In this document: positions 1 to 9,800 of the stretch, one piece after another | Layout: the number at the start of each line of letters is the position of its first letter | Position numbering within the stretch: position 1 is the first letter of the stretch | From: Pirellulales bacterium | GTDB lineage: Bacteria > Planctomycetota > Planctomycetia > Pirellulales > PNKZ01 | Length of the DNA: 64,000 bases | Direction of reading: 5' to 3' | Assembly: GCA_036268995.1 (NCBI GenBank) | Contig: DATATB010000090.1 | Coordinates: 3,899-67,898 of the forward strand | Program-made: the position numbers and the translations under genes | Notes under the pieces: generated by a model | The model's input: only the letters and a program-made list of their open reading frames with translations | Databases searched by the model: none | Told to the model about the DNA's origin: nothing

Positions 1-27
1 GGCGCAGAAGCGGGAGGCGAAGGCCCG

Positions 28-112
28 GTAGCGGAATCCGTGAGGATTCCGAAGCTCGGGGGGAATTCCCATGCTCGCGCGCATCCGTCAGAAGGCTCAC
101 GACTTACGCTAC
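28..112. repeat. REP family-1 inverted doublet (GTAGCGGAATCCGTGAGGATTCCGA at 28-52; degenerate reverse unit at 88-112)
   Basis: GTAG plus an 8-bp stem with a GTGA loop. Bases 27-57 are identical to 28411-28441. The doublet lies just 3' of larA. Confidence 0.8.
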
Positions 113-1386
113 CGCGCGGCTACTTGGGCCAAGACGTAGGGCCCTTTGGGAATGACAGCAATCGTGGCCGCAGGGCCGTATTCGTCGAGCGCTTGCGACA
201 CGGCCTGCTCGACGCTGGCGGCGCTGGCGATAAACAGCCGGTCGAGCACTTCGGCCGGCAAGCCGTCGCTGACCACGCGCACCTTGGCCTTGCGCCGCAC
301 CTTGGCCAGCTCTTCGAGCTGCCACTGGTCCATCACAAAATAATCGCGGCCCAAAATCCGCTGGCGAAAGGCCTCGAGATTGGCATGCTCGGAAAACAGC
401 CCTGCGAACTCCGGGCTGCCGATGCCTTCGGTCAAGCTGGCCGCCACCACGATCGTGCCGCCCTGCTTGACGATCGGCAGCGCCCCGGTCATGCCTTTGA
501 CCGCCTGGTAAAACGTCGTGTCCAGCGGATATCCGGCCGCCGAAGTCACGACCACGTCGACCGGTTCGGCCACGTGGTCGGTGACCACCGAGCGCACAAA
601 GGCCACGCCCTCTTCAAAGGCCGCCTCCATGTCACCGGCCACGAACTTGAGCGGCCGGCGCGCGTCGTCCAGCACCACGTTCACGATAAAATCGCAGCCC
701 GCCCGGCGCGCAATCCAGGTGTTTTCCTCGTGGACCGGGTTGCCTTCCAGGATGCCGCAATCGGCATTGGGATGTTCGAGGAACTGCGGCCCGTGCCAGA
801 CCCTGACCGTCTCCAGCGCCGCGATGCCTGGGCAGATCAGCTTGCGGCCGCCGGAGAAACCGGCCATCAGATGCGGCTCGATCAACCCGGTGGCAATTTT
901 GAGATCGGCCTCGACATAGCGGCGATCGATCCAGACCGGCACGCCGCGAGGACTCCTGCCCAAGTGCACGTGCTCGTCCAGACGCTTGCCGTGATGGTTT
1001 TCGATCCGATAGCCGGCGGCGATTTCCGGCCCGAGCATCTCGACCAACTCGGCCCCTTCGTTGGGGCGGTGCAGGCCGGTAGCCACGAGAATCGTGATTC
1101 TGTCGCGCTCGATTCCGGCCGCCTCGAGCGTGGCGAGCATCGGGACCAGGATCAACTGGTTCGGCACCGGCCGCGTAATGTCGCAAACCAGGATACAGGC
1201 GCTCGTGCGACCATGGGCCAGGCTCGCTAGCGGTGGCGTGCCATTGGGCTGCTCGAGGCATGCCGCCAGTGCGGCGGCGGGATCGGCCAGCGGACGGGCG
1301 TCTTTGTAGGCCAGCGTCCGCACGACGTGCCGCTCGGGCAGGTCGACGACCAGCCCCGTTTTGCCATATTCGAGTTTGACGCGCAT
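109..1386 (-). CDS. larA: lactate racemase-like protein (LarA / DUF2088 family)
   Basis: 425-aa ORF with the LarA-type loop '[18 protein letters not shown]' (Lys tether region) and His-rich 'IENHHG'. Family-typical over its full length. Confidence 0.8.
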   Translation of the reverse strand: MRVKLEYGKTGLVVDLPERHVVRTLAYKDARPLADPAAALAACLEQPNGTPPLASLAHGRTSACILVCDITRPVPNQLILVPMLATLEAAGIERDRITILVATGLHRPNEGAELVEMLGPEIAAGYRIENHHGKRLDEHVHLGRSPRGVPVWIDRRYVEADLKIATGLIEPHLMAGFSGGRKLICPGIAALETVRVWHGPQFLEHPNADCGILEGNPVHEENTWIARRAGCDFIVNVVLDDARRPLKFVAGDMEAAFEEGVAFVRSVVTDHVAEPVDVVVTSAAGYPLDTTFYQAVKGMTGALPIVKQGGTIVVAASLTEGIGSPEFAGLFSEHANLEAFRQRILGRDYFVMDQWQLEELAKVRRKAKVRVVSDGLPAEVLDRLFIASAASVEQAVSQALDEYGPAATIAVIPKGPYVLAQVAAR

Positions 1387-1446
1387 GGCTTAAAACCAGG
1401 CAGGGAAGCGATGCGCACAAGCGGCAGCAGTTCCCGAAGGATCGCC

Positions 1447-1710
1447 CTACTTCTTGGGCGATTCCTTCTTGGCGGCTTCCTTCTTGGGCGCATCGGCTGC
1501 GGCGGCGGCACCCTCTTCGCCTTCTTCCTTGGCCTTCTTTTTCTTCTTCATCGCCAGCTTGATCACACGGACCTTGGGCAGGCCCAGCGGGCTGCGCCCG
1601 TCCTGCCAGCGATCGGCTTCCTTCAGCTTGGCGATCCGTTCGTCTCGCGTGAGCACACTGCGCGACCGCGCCAGCCCGGCGCGAAGCTGTAAACTTTTGT
1701 CCATCGTCAC
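1447..1710 (-). CDS. small basic protein (PVC/spirochaete 'small basic protein' family) with K/E/A-rich tail
   Basis: 87 aa. 'MDKSLQLRAG..RSVLTRDERIAKLKE..RW..GLPKVRV' matches my recollection of that family. The C-terminal KKKKKAKEEGEE...KKESPKK is low complexity. Confidence 0.55.
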   Translation of the reverse strand: MTMDKSLQLRAGLARSRSVLTRDERIAKLKEADRWQDGRSPLGLPKVRVIKLAMKKKKKAKEEGEEGAAAAADAPKKEAAKKESPKK

Positions 1711-1851
1711 GGCAAAAACCCTCCGACCGGGTCAATTGGCGGCACGCCCTGCGGCCACCCAGCGCTCCGGCTCATAAACTCAAAAAGGCTGATAATTGAT
1801 AGCAGTTTGAGCCCTGCAATATACGGCCGGCGGGCAGAGCGTTCAAGCCGG

Positions 1852-2310
1852 CTATCGCTGCCGCCGGCGAGGTTTGCCGGCGCCGCGGGTCTCGGGCTGC
1901 CGGAGCCGCTCGGCGGATCGTGCAATGTAGCTGGTGACCGCTTCCACTAGCAGGCCGGACCGCGTTTTGCCGTGGTCCGCCGCAAAGCGGTCGACGGTGT
2001 CAAGCACACGCTCGGGGACCGTGATATTGACGCGCACGCTCTTCACACGCAGGTTGTCGGCATCGATCGGCACGGCGGCCCACACCCCGCCACGGTAATC
2101 GCGGTTGCCCTGGTGTTGCTCCATGCTGGTCGGCTCAGGCACCGGCTGGCTGTCCTCGATCAGCCCTTCCAGGTGCATCTCGATCGCTTCGCGAGCATTG
2201 CGGACCGCATCGTCCAGCGTATCGCCGGCCGAAAAGCAGCCGGGCAAATCGGGCACGGTCACGCCGTAGCTCGAGCGCGGATCCTTGTGGATCACGACGG
2301 GATAGATCAT
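1852..2310 (-). CDS. hicB: type II antitoxin HicB
   Basis: Internal ATG of the 216-aa ORF. 'MIYPVVIHKDP..YGVTVPDLPGCFSAGDTLDDAV..EAIEMHLEG' is the HicB N-domain, and the C-terminal 'VNITVPERVLDTVDRFA..GKTRSGLL' is RHH-like. Its ATGA start/stop overlaps hicA. Confidence 0.85.
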   Translation of the reverse strand: MIYPVVIHKDPRSSYGVTVPDLPGCFSAGDTLDDAVRNAREAIEMHLEGLIEDSQPVPEPTSMEQHQGNRDYRGGVWAAVPIDADNLRVKSVRVNITVPERVLDTVDRFAADHGKTRSGLLVEAVTSYIARSAERLRQPETRGAGKPRRRQR

Positions 2311-2498
2311 GGCGGCCAACTCCAACCCGCTTGGCGGTAAATACTTCGCAGGGTTCCGGTTGGGAGCTGCTCGACTGGGTGCGGCACCGTCACTCGCCTC
2401 GGCCGCGTCGCGTGCTTGAACTGGCGGTGGCTCCCGCGGACCCGAACCAAGACCCAGCCCTCTTTTGCCAGTCGCCGGATGACATCCCTGCTGTGCAT
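2307..2498 (-). CDS. hicA: type II toxin HicA (mRNA interferase)
   Basis: 'MHSRDVIRRLAKEGWVLVRVRGSHRQFKH....VTVPHP..LPTGTLRSIYRQAGW'. ATG at 2498 is preceded by AGGTGG. The track start at 2516 is a GTG. Confidence 0.85.
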   Translation of the reverse strand: MHSRDVIRRLAKEGWVLVRVRGSHRQFKHATRPRRVTVPHPVEQLPTGTLRSIYRQAGWSWPP

Positions 2499-2786
2499 CC
2501 ACCTAATTGTACACACTCAATACACACAAATCAATCTCGCGAAAGAACAGACGATCGTACTCTCCTTCTACTTGCACAAATCTGCTAGCGTCGCTATGCT
2601 AGCGGCCGTTTCCTGCGGGGCCGGTGGCCGCCAGCCGTCGAGCTGTGAATCACGGCGCGACGACTGTTCCTGCCTCGCGGGATGTTGCAGGTCATGGGAG
2701 GACACTTCGAGCGAAACGCCGGGCCGTGGTCCCTTGTGGGACTGCGGCTGGATCGCCACTTCTTCTCTTTTCCAAGGATGGAAGCC

Positions 2787-2972
2787 ATGCTCATTCTGAC
2801 GCGCAAAGCGGGCGAACAGTTGCGGATCGGCGATCAGATCGTGGTCACCGTCCAGCGGGTCGATCGGAACTCAGTTCGGATCGGGATCGAAGCCCCCGGC
2901 GAAGTGCCGATCGTGCGAGGCGAACTGCTAGCCGAAATCAGCGACGCCGCCCTGTCCGCCGAAGTCGGTTAA
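2787..2972 (+). CDS. csrA: carbon storage regulator CsrA
   Basis: 'MLILTRKAGEQLRIGDQIVVTVQRVDRNSVRIGIEAPGEVPIVRGEL' is near-canonical CsrA. ATG at 2787 has AAGGA 8-9 nt upstream. Confidence 0.85.
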   Translation: MLILTRKAGEQLRIGDQIVVTVQRVDRNSVRIGIEAPGEVPIVRGELLAEISDAALSAEVG

Positions 2973-2999
2973 GCTTCGCTCTGGCATCCGCCCCGCTCG

Positions 3000-4025
3000 T
3001 CAGTCATTGATACCGCGCCGAGAGCGGTAAGACACGCTTTCGCGTCCGCCCGACAGTCCGCTGAGACCGGTCAACGCGTCCTGCATGCCCGGCCGGGGCC
3101 GCGGAGCAGCGGCCTGCGAGCGGCCGGGATGCGTGAGGCCGGAAAACCACACGCTCAGCGCCGAGGGCTTGGCTTCGTACTCGATCGCGGCCACGGTGCT
3201 CATGCTCAGCGCGGAGCCGGCCATTTGGGCCTGCGCGGCCGCAATTTGCGGGCTGTATTGCGGCGTCATCTGCATGCGATCCAGCCGCCGGGCCAGGCCC
3301 TTGCCCTGTTCGTCGCCGGCCAGGTAAAGACCTACCACCACGTCGGACTGGCCGCACATTTCGAGCTTGTTGACGAGATAATTCTTGCGGTACGCCCGGG
3401 CTTTGCACGACAGCAGGCACCAGTCGCCGCGCCACTGCTTGGGCACGACGAACCAGCAGGTGAACTCCTTGGCCCCTTCGAGCGAGGTTTGCGGCGAGGC
3501 CTTGATCTTGAAGAACACGCCGTGCTCGCCCAGCGTCGTACCGCTGGCCAGCACCAGGTACTTGGCCGGCAGTTGCTTGTACACGCGGTTGGCCACATGG
3601 CGCTTGGTGTCGGTCAACTGGGCATTTACGATCCCGAGATGGCCGATGTTATTGACGCCGACGTTGGCCTGGGCCGTGTCGGTGTGGTCGGCCGTGTCGG
3701 TGGCGTTGATCGGACCCGAGACGTCGGTGCCCAGTTCGGTCTTCGGCGAAAAGTCCGTGACCCGCAGTCGCTTTTCGGGGCTTTCGATCACGACCATCAC
3801 GTCTTCCAGGTTTTCTTGCTTGCCTTCCTCGAACAAGATCGAGATGCGGAAGCGGGCTTCGATCACCTTCTCGTTCGGGTTCACGGTCGCGAACTCATCG
3901 GTCGTCACGTCGCGGCATTCCACGGCGCCGGCCGCATCGAATCCGACCCGCGGCATGGTCACCGCCGCTTGCACCGCGGCCGGCAGCAGCGCCGCCAGCA
4001 CCAATGCCCGACCACAAACCTTCAT
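3000..4025 (-). CDS. hypothetical secreted protein
   Basis: Signal-peptide-like 'MKVCGRALVLAALLPAAVQA' at the ATG at 4025. Composition is non-repetitive and protein-like. I recognise no family. Confidence 0.5.
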   Translation of the reverse strand: MKVCGRALVLAALLPAAVQAAVTMPRVGFDAAGAVECRDVTTDEFATVNPNEKVIEARFRISILFEEGKQENLEDVMVVIESPEKRLRVTDFSPKTELGTDVSGPINATDTADHTDTAQANVGVNNIGHLGIVNAQLTDTKRHVANRVYKQLPAKYLVLASGTTLGEHGVFFKIKASPQTSLEGAKEFTCWFVVPKQWRGDWCLLSCKARAYRKNYLVNKLEMCGQSDVVVGLYLAGDEQGKGLARRLDRMQMTPQYSPQIAAAQAQMAGSALSMSTVAAIEYEAKPSALSVWFSGLTHPGRSQAAAPRPRPGMQDALTGLSGLSGGRESVSYRSRRGIND

Positions 4026-4534
4026 CCGCCGACCAAGTGTCAAAATCCATGCCGAAGTCATATGTGCATCCTTTCAGACGGTGACGATTTCCGCCTCTGG
4101 CACTTGCTTCAAGCATTCATTGCTTTTGCTTAGGTTTCCCACCGCGGGACCGGAACGTGCGAAGGTCTTCTTCGCTCGTGTTCATCGTATGGCGAGCGCG
4201 ACTCAAAAAACTTTTGCTGGCGCGCGAGATCCGTCCAGCCAAACCAGTTGCATACTCACGAGCACACTGGACATCTCCGGCCGGCGTGTGACGACCGATA
4301 AACGTTGTAAATCTTACAAACCTCCGCAAACGTCCACGATTCGGTCTATAGCGATTCGAATGCCAATCACGCACGCTCCGCGCGAACTTGCAGGTCGTGG
4401 CCAAAGTGCCGCAAATCCGGCCGCCGGCGTGAGCTATCGTTGCAGTAGCTGCTGAATTATCTACACACCTGGTGGGCGATAGTCCCCCGCCCGTCTGACT
4501 GGCCGCCACCCGCGTTGAGAGAAACGAGCGCAAC

Positions 4535-6781
4535 ATGAAATCCTGGACCCGTCGCGCGCTGCGCCTGCCCGAAGGTTGCGATAGCCTTGGCCCACGCAAT
4601 CGCCTGCTGGGACTGTTTCTGGTGAGCGTCTTGGGCCTGTTTCTCGAGATGCTGCTGGTGCGCTGGATCGGCACCGAGATCCGCATCTTCGCCTACCTGC
4701 AGAACACAGTGCTAGTGGTCTGCTTTCTGGGGCTGGGCATGGGCTGCTTCACCAGCCGCCAGCCGGTCAAAATGCGCCGCTTACTGCTGCCGCTGGCGGT
4801 GCTGTGCGTGATCCTGGCCGTACCGTCGTCGGCCCAAGTCGTGGCCGGCATCAGCGAACGCCTGAGCCGGCTGCCAGGCGTCGCCCTGTGGCGCTATCAA
4901 GCCGAAGTCAGCGACGGAGCCGCCGCAGTGGTCGATGCCGCCGTGGGCCTGGCCCTTACCGGGCTGGTGCTGCTGTTGGTCTGGGAAATGTTCGTGCCCA
5001 TCGGCCGGCTGATGGCCCGGCTCATGGATCAGCATCCGCGCACCATCGCCGCCTACTCGGTCAACGTGGCCGGCAGCCTGGCCGGCATCTGGCTGTTCGT
5101 GCTGCTGAGCGCGTGGTACCTGCCGCCGGCCGTGTGGATGGCCGTCGTGGCCGCCGCGATCATGCCGTTTGTCGGCCGCGGCCGCGAGCGACTGTTCAAC
5201 TGCGCGCTGCTGGGCGTGATTTTAATGGGCGCCATGGTGGCCGGCCGTGGCTGGACTGCCTGCGAGGTCGTCTGGTCGCCCTACCAGAAACTGGCGCTGC
5301 TGCCCGTTCCCGAATCGCGGCGGCACGACGGCGACTTCTTCATCTCGGTCAACAACGTCGGCTACCAGGCCATGGTCGATCTCAGCCCTGCGGCCGTAGC
5401 TGCCGATCCGGAAATTCCAGTTGAAATGCGCGGGCTGAGTCAATACGACGTGCCGCTGCTCTTCAAGCCGCGGCCGCAGAACGTGTTGATCGTCGGCGCC
5501 GGCTCGGGCAACGACGCGGCCGGTGCCCTGCGCGGCGGTGCCGAGCGCGTGACGGCCGTCGACATCGATCCGGCCATCATCGACATGGGCCGCCGCTACC
5601 ATCCCGAACATCCGTACCAGTCGCCGCGCGTGCGGCTCGTCAACGACGATGCCCGCAGTTTCTTCGCCACCACGCGCGAGCACTACGATCTGATCATCTT
5701 CGGCCTGCTGGATTCGCACACCACCACCGCAATGACCAACGCCCGGCTCGATCATTACGTCTACACGCGCGAAAGCCTCGAGCGTGCGCGCGAGCTGCTT
5801 TCGCCCGGCGGCGTGATGGTGCTGACGTTCATGGTCCAAGAGCCGTTCATCGCCGACCGCATGGCCAGCACGCTCGAAGCCGTGTTCGGGCACAAGCCGC
5901 TGGTGTTTGCCCGCCGCTCGAGCCGTTTGGGCTGGGGTGGCACGACGTTCGTGGCCGGCGACCCGCGCACGATCGCGACCAACCTGGCGGCCCAACCGAA
6001 GCTGGCGGCCGAGATTGCGCGCTGGCAGGCCGACCTGCCCATCACCTTGACCGGCACCACGCCGATGGCCACCGACGATTGGCCGTACATCTATCTCCAA
6101 AAGCCGGCGATCCCGGCGCTGTATTGGATTCTGGCGGGCCTGCTGCCCGGCCTGGTGTGGTACGGCCGCAAGCGCTTAGGAATCCAGCGCGGCACGCACA
6201 CCTGGGACCGGTGGCAATGGCACTTCTTTTTCCTGGGCGCGGCATTTCTGCTGTTGGAAGTGCAGAACATCAGCAAAGCCGCCGTGGTCTTGGGCAACAC
6301 CTGGCTCGTAAACGCCGTGATCATCTCCGGCGTGCTCGTCATGGTGCTGGTCGCCAATCTCATCGCCGCCCGCTGGCCGCGGCTGCCGCTGGCGGCGGTC
6401 TCGGCCTGCCTGCTGGGCTCGTGCCTGGGACTGTACTTTTTCGATCTGGCGCGGCTGGCATCGCTGGCCTATCCGCTCAAAGCCACGCTCGTCGGCCTGC
6501 TGACGGCGCTGCCCATGCTCTTTAGCGGCATCGTGTTCATCCACGCCTTTGCCCGCACCGGGCGCAAGGATCTGGCGCTGGGCGCCAACCTGCTCGGAGC
6601 CCTGGCCGGCGCCTTGCTGCAATCCGTGACCTTCCTCACCGGCATGCGGGCTTTGCTGCTGATCGTCGCCGGGCTATACCTGGCCGCCATGCTCGTGCGG
6701 CCCAAGGCTGGCGGCGCAGCGGAAGCCGAGGACGAAACGATCGAGTCCGGCGAGCTTCAGTTGGTCGAAGCGGGCGCGTGA
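4535..6781 (+). CDS. polytopic membrane protein fused to a spermidine synthase-like methyltransferase-fold domain
   Basis: 748 aa. Multiple TM helices flank 'VLIVGAGSGNDAAG..VTAVDIDPAIIDMGRRY....VRLVNDDARSFF...YDLIIFGLLDSHT' (SpeE-like SAM-fold motifs). Confidence 0.75.
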   Translation: MKSWTRRALRLPEGCDSLGPRNRLLGLFLVSVLGLFLEMLLVRWIGTEIRIFAYLQNTVLVVCFLGLGMGCFTSRQPVKMRRLLLPLAVLCVILAVPSSAQVVAGISERLSRLPGVALWRYQAEVSDGAAAVVDAAVGLALTGLVLLLVWEMFVPIGRLMARLMDQHPRTIAAYSVNVAGSLAGIWLFVLLSAWYLPPAVWMAVVAAAIMPFVGRGRERLFNCALLGVILMGAMVAGRGWTACEVVWSPYQKLALLPVPESRRHDGDFFISVNNVGYQAMVDLSPAAVAADPEIPVEMRGLSQYDVPLLFKPRPQNVLIVGAGSGNDAAGALRGGAERVTAVDIDPAIIDMGRRYHPEHPYQSPRVRLVNDDARSFFATTREHYDLIIFGLLDSHTTTAMTNARLDHYVYTRESLERARELLSPGGVMVLTFMVQEPFIADRMASTLEAVFGHKPLVFARRSSRLGWGGTTFVAGDPRTIATNLAAQPKLAAEIARWQADLPITLTGTTPMATDDWPYIYLQKPAIPALYWILAGLLPGLVWYGRKRLGIQRGTHTWDRWQWHFFFLGAAFLLLEVQNISKAAVVLGNTWLVNAVIISGVLVMVLVANLIAARWPRLPLAAVSACLLGSCLGLYFFDLARLASLAYPLKATLVGLLTALPMLFSGIVFIHAFARTGRKDLALGANLLGALAGALLQSVTFLTGMRALLLIVAGLYLAAMLVRPKAGGAAEAEDETIESGELQLVEAGA

Positions 6782-6831
6782 GGAAATGCGGCAGTCGGAA
6801 TGCGGGCAGGATGAATCGGGTGAACGCCCAT

Positions 6832-9800
6832 CTAAAACGCCAGGCGGAAGCTGAGCGAGCCGGCCTGGAACGTTTGCTGCGTGTTCAGTTGCATGTCGTA
6901 GTTGAGGGCCAGGCTGCTGAGCGGAGTCAGCTCCCAGTTCAGTCCGCCGCCGAGCACGGCCCAGTCGCGGCCGTAATTCAGCCCTTGGGTGGCGAAGCTC
7001 GCGCCGCCCACACCGGCGAAGCGGGCATTTAACGCCGTCTCGGGATGCAGATATTCGTGCAGCCAGATGGCGCGCACCTCGCTGTTGATCCGGCAGCCCG
7101 TGCGCTGGCGCCACCAGCCGAAGCGATACGGGTTCACCAGCCGGGCACCCATCAGGTTGCGCAGCGCGCCGGTGTTGATGCCGTTGACGTTCAGGTCCAA
7201 GGCGCCCGCGCCGCTTTCGTTAAACGCGTTTTGTCGCAGGTAGATGTACTGCATGGCGTCGAAGGGCTCGAGCACGCAGCCATGGAACAGCGGGAATCGC
7301 ACGCCGCGTTCCAGGTAGCTGGTCGCCTGCCAGCCGCTGTAGTTGGCCGCGGCCGTGCGGTTGATCGCGGCGAAATTGATCAAGCGGCTCGAACGATATC
7401 CGTCGAAGCCGATCGAGCCGGCCGCCAGCCAGTAGTTGAAGCCGTCGTCGCGGCGAAAGTACGTGCCGAACTGGCCGTCATTGGCGTGGTCCGTTTGCAC
7501 GGGACCGTTGAGGCGCAACGACAAGTTCGCGTAGCTGCCGAAAAAGCCGAACACGTGACAGTTGTCGAGCCGTCGTTCGAGCATCCCCAGCGTGCCGCCC
7601 AAGCCATACGTGCCGCCGCCGGCGTTGCCGTCGCTTTCAGCAAAGCCGCCCAGCCCATAGCCGGCAATCGTGCCGGTCCAGACCGGGCGGCAGCTCTGCA
7701 CCTGCTGGGCGAACAGCGGCTGGCCGGTTTTCTCGTCGTAGCTCACCAGCACGATGTCCTTGTCCGGATCCGGCTCGTCGGCAAGCACCTCGGGTTCGAC
7801 CGGTCCTTCGGCTCCCGAGTCGCTCGGGTTGTCCAGCATCCGGACACCAGCCGTGCGGCGCAGCATCAGGTACAAGTACTCGGTCGTCTGCACGCCGAGT
7901 TGGGCCATCGTGCCGTACACTTCGCCGTCCATTTGGCTCAGCGCGCTGGCGATGCTGGAGCTGGGCAGCGTTCCCAATTGGGTCAGAACCGCCTGGAAGT
8001 CGGGATTGCTGGAACCCTGGTTCTGGTCGAGATAGTTGCCCACCGCAGCTTGGTTGGGCGTTTGAGCCACGTTGACGAAGCTGCGGGTCAAGACGAACTC
8101 GACCGCGCCGGGAGCATATACGAGCGTACCGGCCAGGGCGGCGCCGTTGGTGGTAATCCCGCTGAAGGTCCCGGTTCGAGTGCCGCCGTAGTCGAGGAAC
8201 GTGTAGGTGCCCAGCGAGCTGTTGCTGGCCTTCACCGATACGATACCGTTCAAGCTCACGTTGCCGCTGACGTGGGTCAGATCGTTGTCGACGCCGGCCG
8301 TGTGGCCTGTTCCAGTGACGCGCACGTTGGTCGTCGAGCCCGCGTTGTCGGTCAGGTTGCCATTGACGGTCAAGGTGCCGGTGGCGCCGGTTTGGGTGAT
8401 CGAGCCCGAGTTGGTCAGGTTGCCGTTGATGGTGCCGGTGCCGCCGATCGAGCCGCCCGATGCGACGATCGCATTGCTGGTGATGCTGCCGTTGATCGAC
8501 AGTTGCCCTTGGTTGACGTTCGTGTCGCCGGTGTAGGTGTTGGTTGAGCTGAAGGTTACGGCGCCCGTGCCGTTCTTGGTGACGCCACCGGCGCCGGAAA
8601 TCGCGCCGGCATAGGTGCCGGTGGTGCTTTGATCGAAGACGACGGTGCCGCTGTTGGTCACGTTGCCTTGCAGGCTGGTGGTCGTGCCGGTGAGCGTGGT
8701 GGCGCTGGCGACACTGGTACCGCCGCCGTAGGTGTTTGCGCCGCTGAATGTGATGTCGCCGCCACCACTGACCGCCACATTGCCAGCGCCGGAAATCGCG
8801 CCGGCGTAGGTGCCGGCCGTACTTTGATTGAAGGCCACCGTGCCGCTGTTGGTCATCGCGCCTTGCAGGCTGGTGGTGGTGCCGGTAAGCGTCGTGGCGG
8901 CGGCGATCGTGGTGCCGCCGGTGTAGGTGTTTGCGCCACTAAAGGTGATGTCGCTGCCGCCGCTGATCGTAACGTTGCCGGTGCCGGCAATCGCGCCGGC
9001 GTAGGTCCCGGCCGTGCCTTGATTGAAGACCACCGAGCCGCTGTTAGCCATGGCGCCTTGCAGGCTGGTGGTGGTGCCGGTCAGCGTCGTGGCGGCGGCG
9101 ATGGTCGTGCCGCCGGTGTAGGTGTTTGCGCCGCTAAACGTGATGTCGCCGCCACCGGTGACGGTGACATCGCCGGTGCCCGAAATCACACCGAGATAGG
9201 TTCCGGCGAACCCCTGATCGAAGACCAGGTGATTGCCGTCTCCGACGTCGCCATTAATGCTATTGGTCGTGCCATTGAGTGTGCCGCTTTGGATCAGGAT
9301 CGACGGCTCCGTGGATAACATCGTCTGCAAAATATTGGTGCCGGTGAAGAAGATGGTGGCGTTGCCGCCGGAGAGGACAATCTGGCCGTTGCTATAGATA
9401 TTTCCGGAGACGGTCGAGTTGGTGGTCGACGTGTCGAACAGGGCGGTCGAGCCGATGCCGACGTAGAGGCCGCCACCAAGACCAGGCCCGGCGGTGCCGC
9501 TGCTAATGGTGCCGGTGCCGGCGGCGCCGCCGGTGGCCGTGTTCGTGCCGTCGATGGTCGTTCCGCCGCCGAAGCCCATGGTGGCGCCATTGTTAATGAA
9601 GAGGGCGCCGCCCAGGCCATTGCCGCCATTGCCGCCGACGCCGGGAGCGCCGCCGTCGCCGCCGCCATCGCCCGTGCCGCCCGTGGTGCCCCCCGCGCCC
9701 GCACCGGCGCCGCCACCACCAAATCCGCCGTTCGCGCCATTGCCGGCTCCGCCCACCGCGCCTTGGCCGGTGTAGATGCCGGACGAGTTGACGTTCATTC

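Noticed and set aside
4117-4686. 189-aa minus-strand ORF in the 4062-4534 intergenic region
   Set aside because: The sequence is Arg/Ser-rich and low complexity. It overlaps the start of the spermidine-synthase-like gene and has no RBS or motif.
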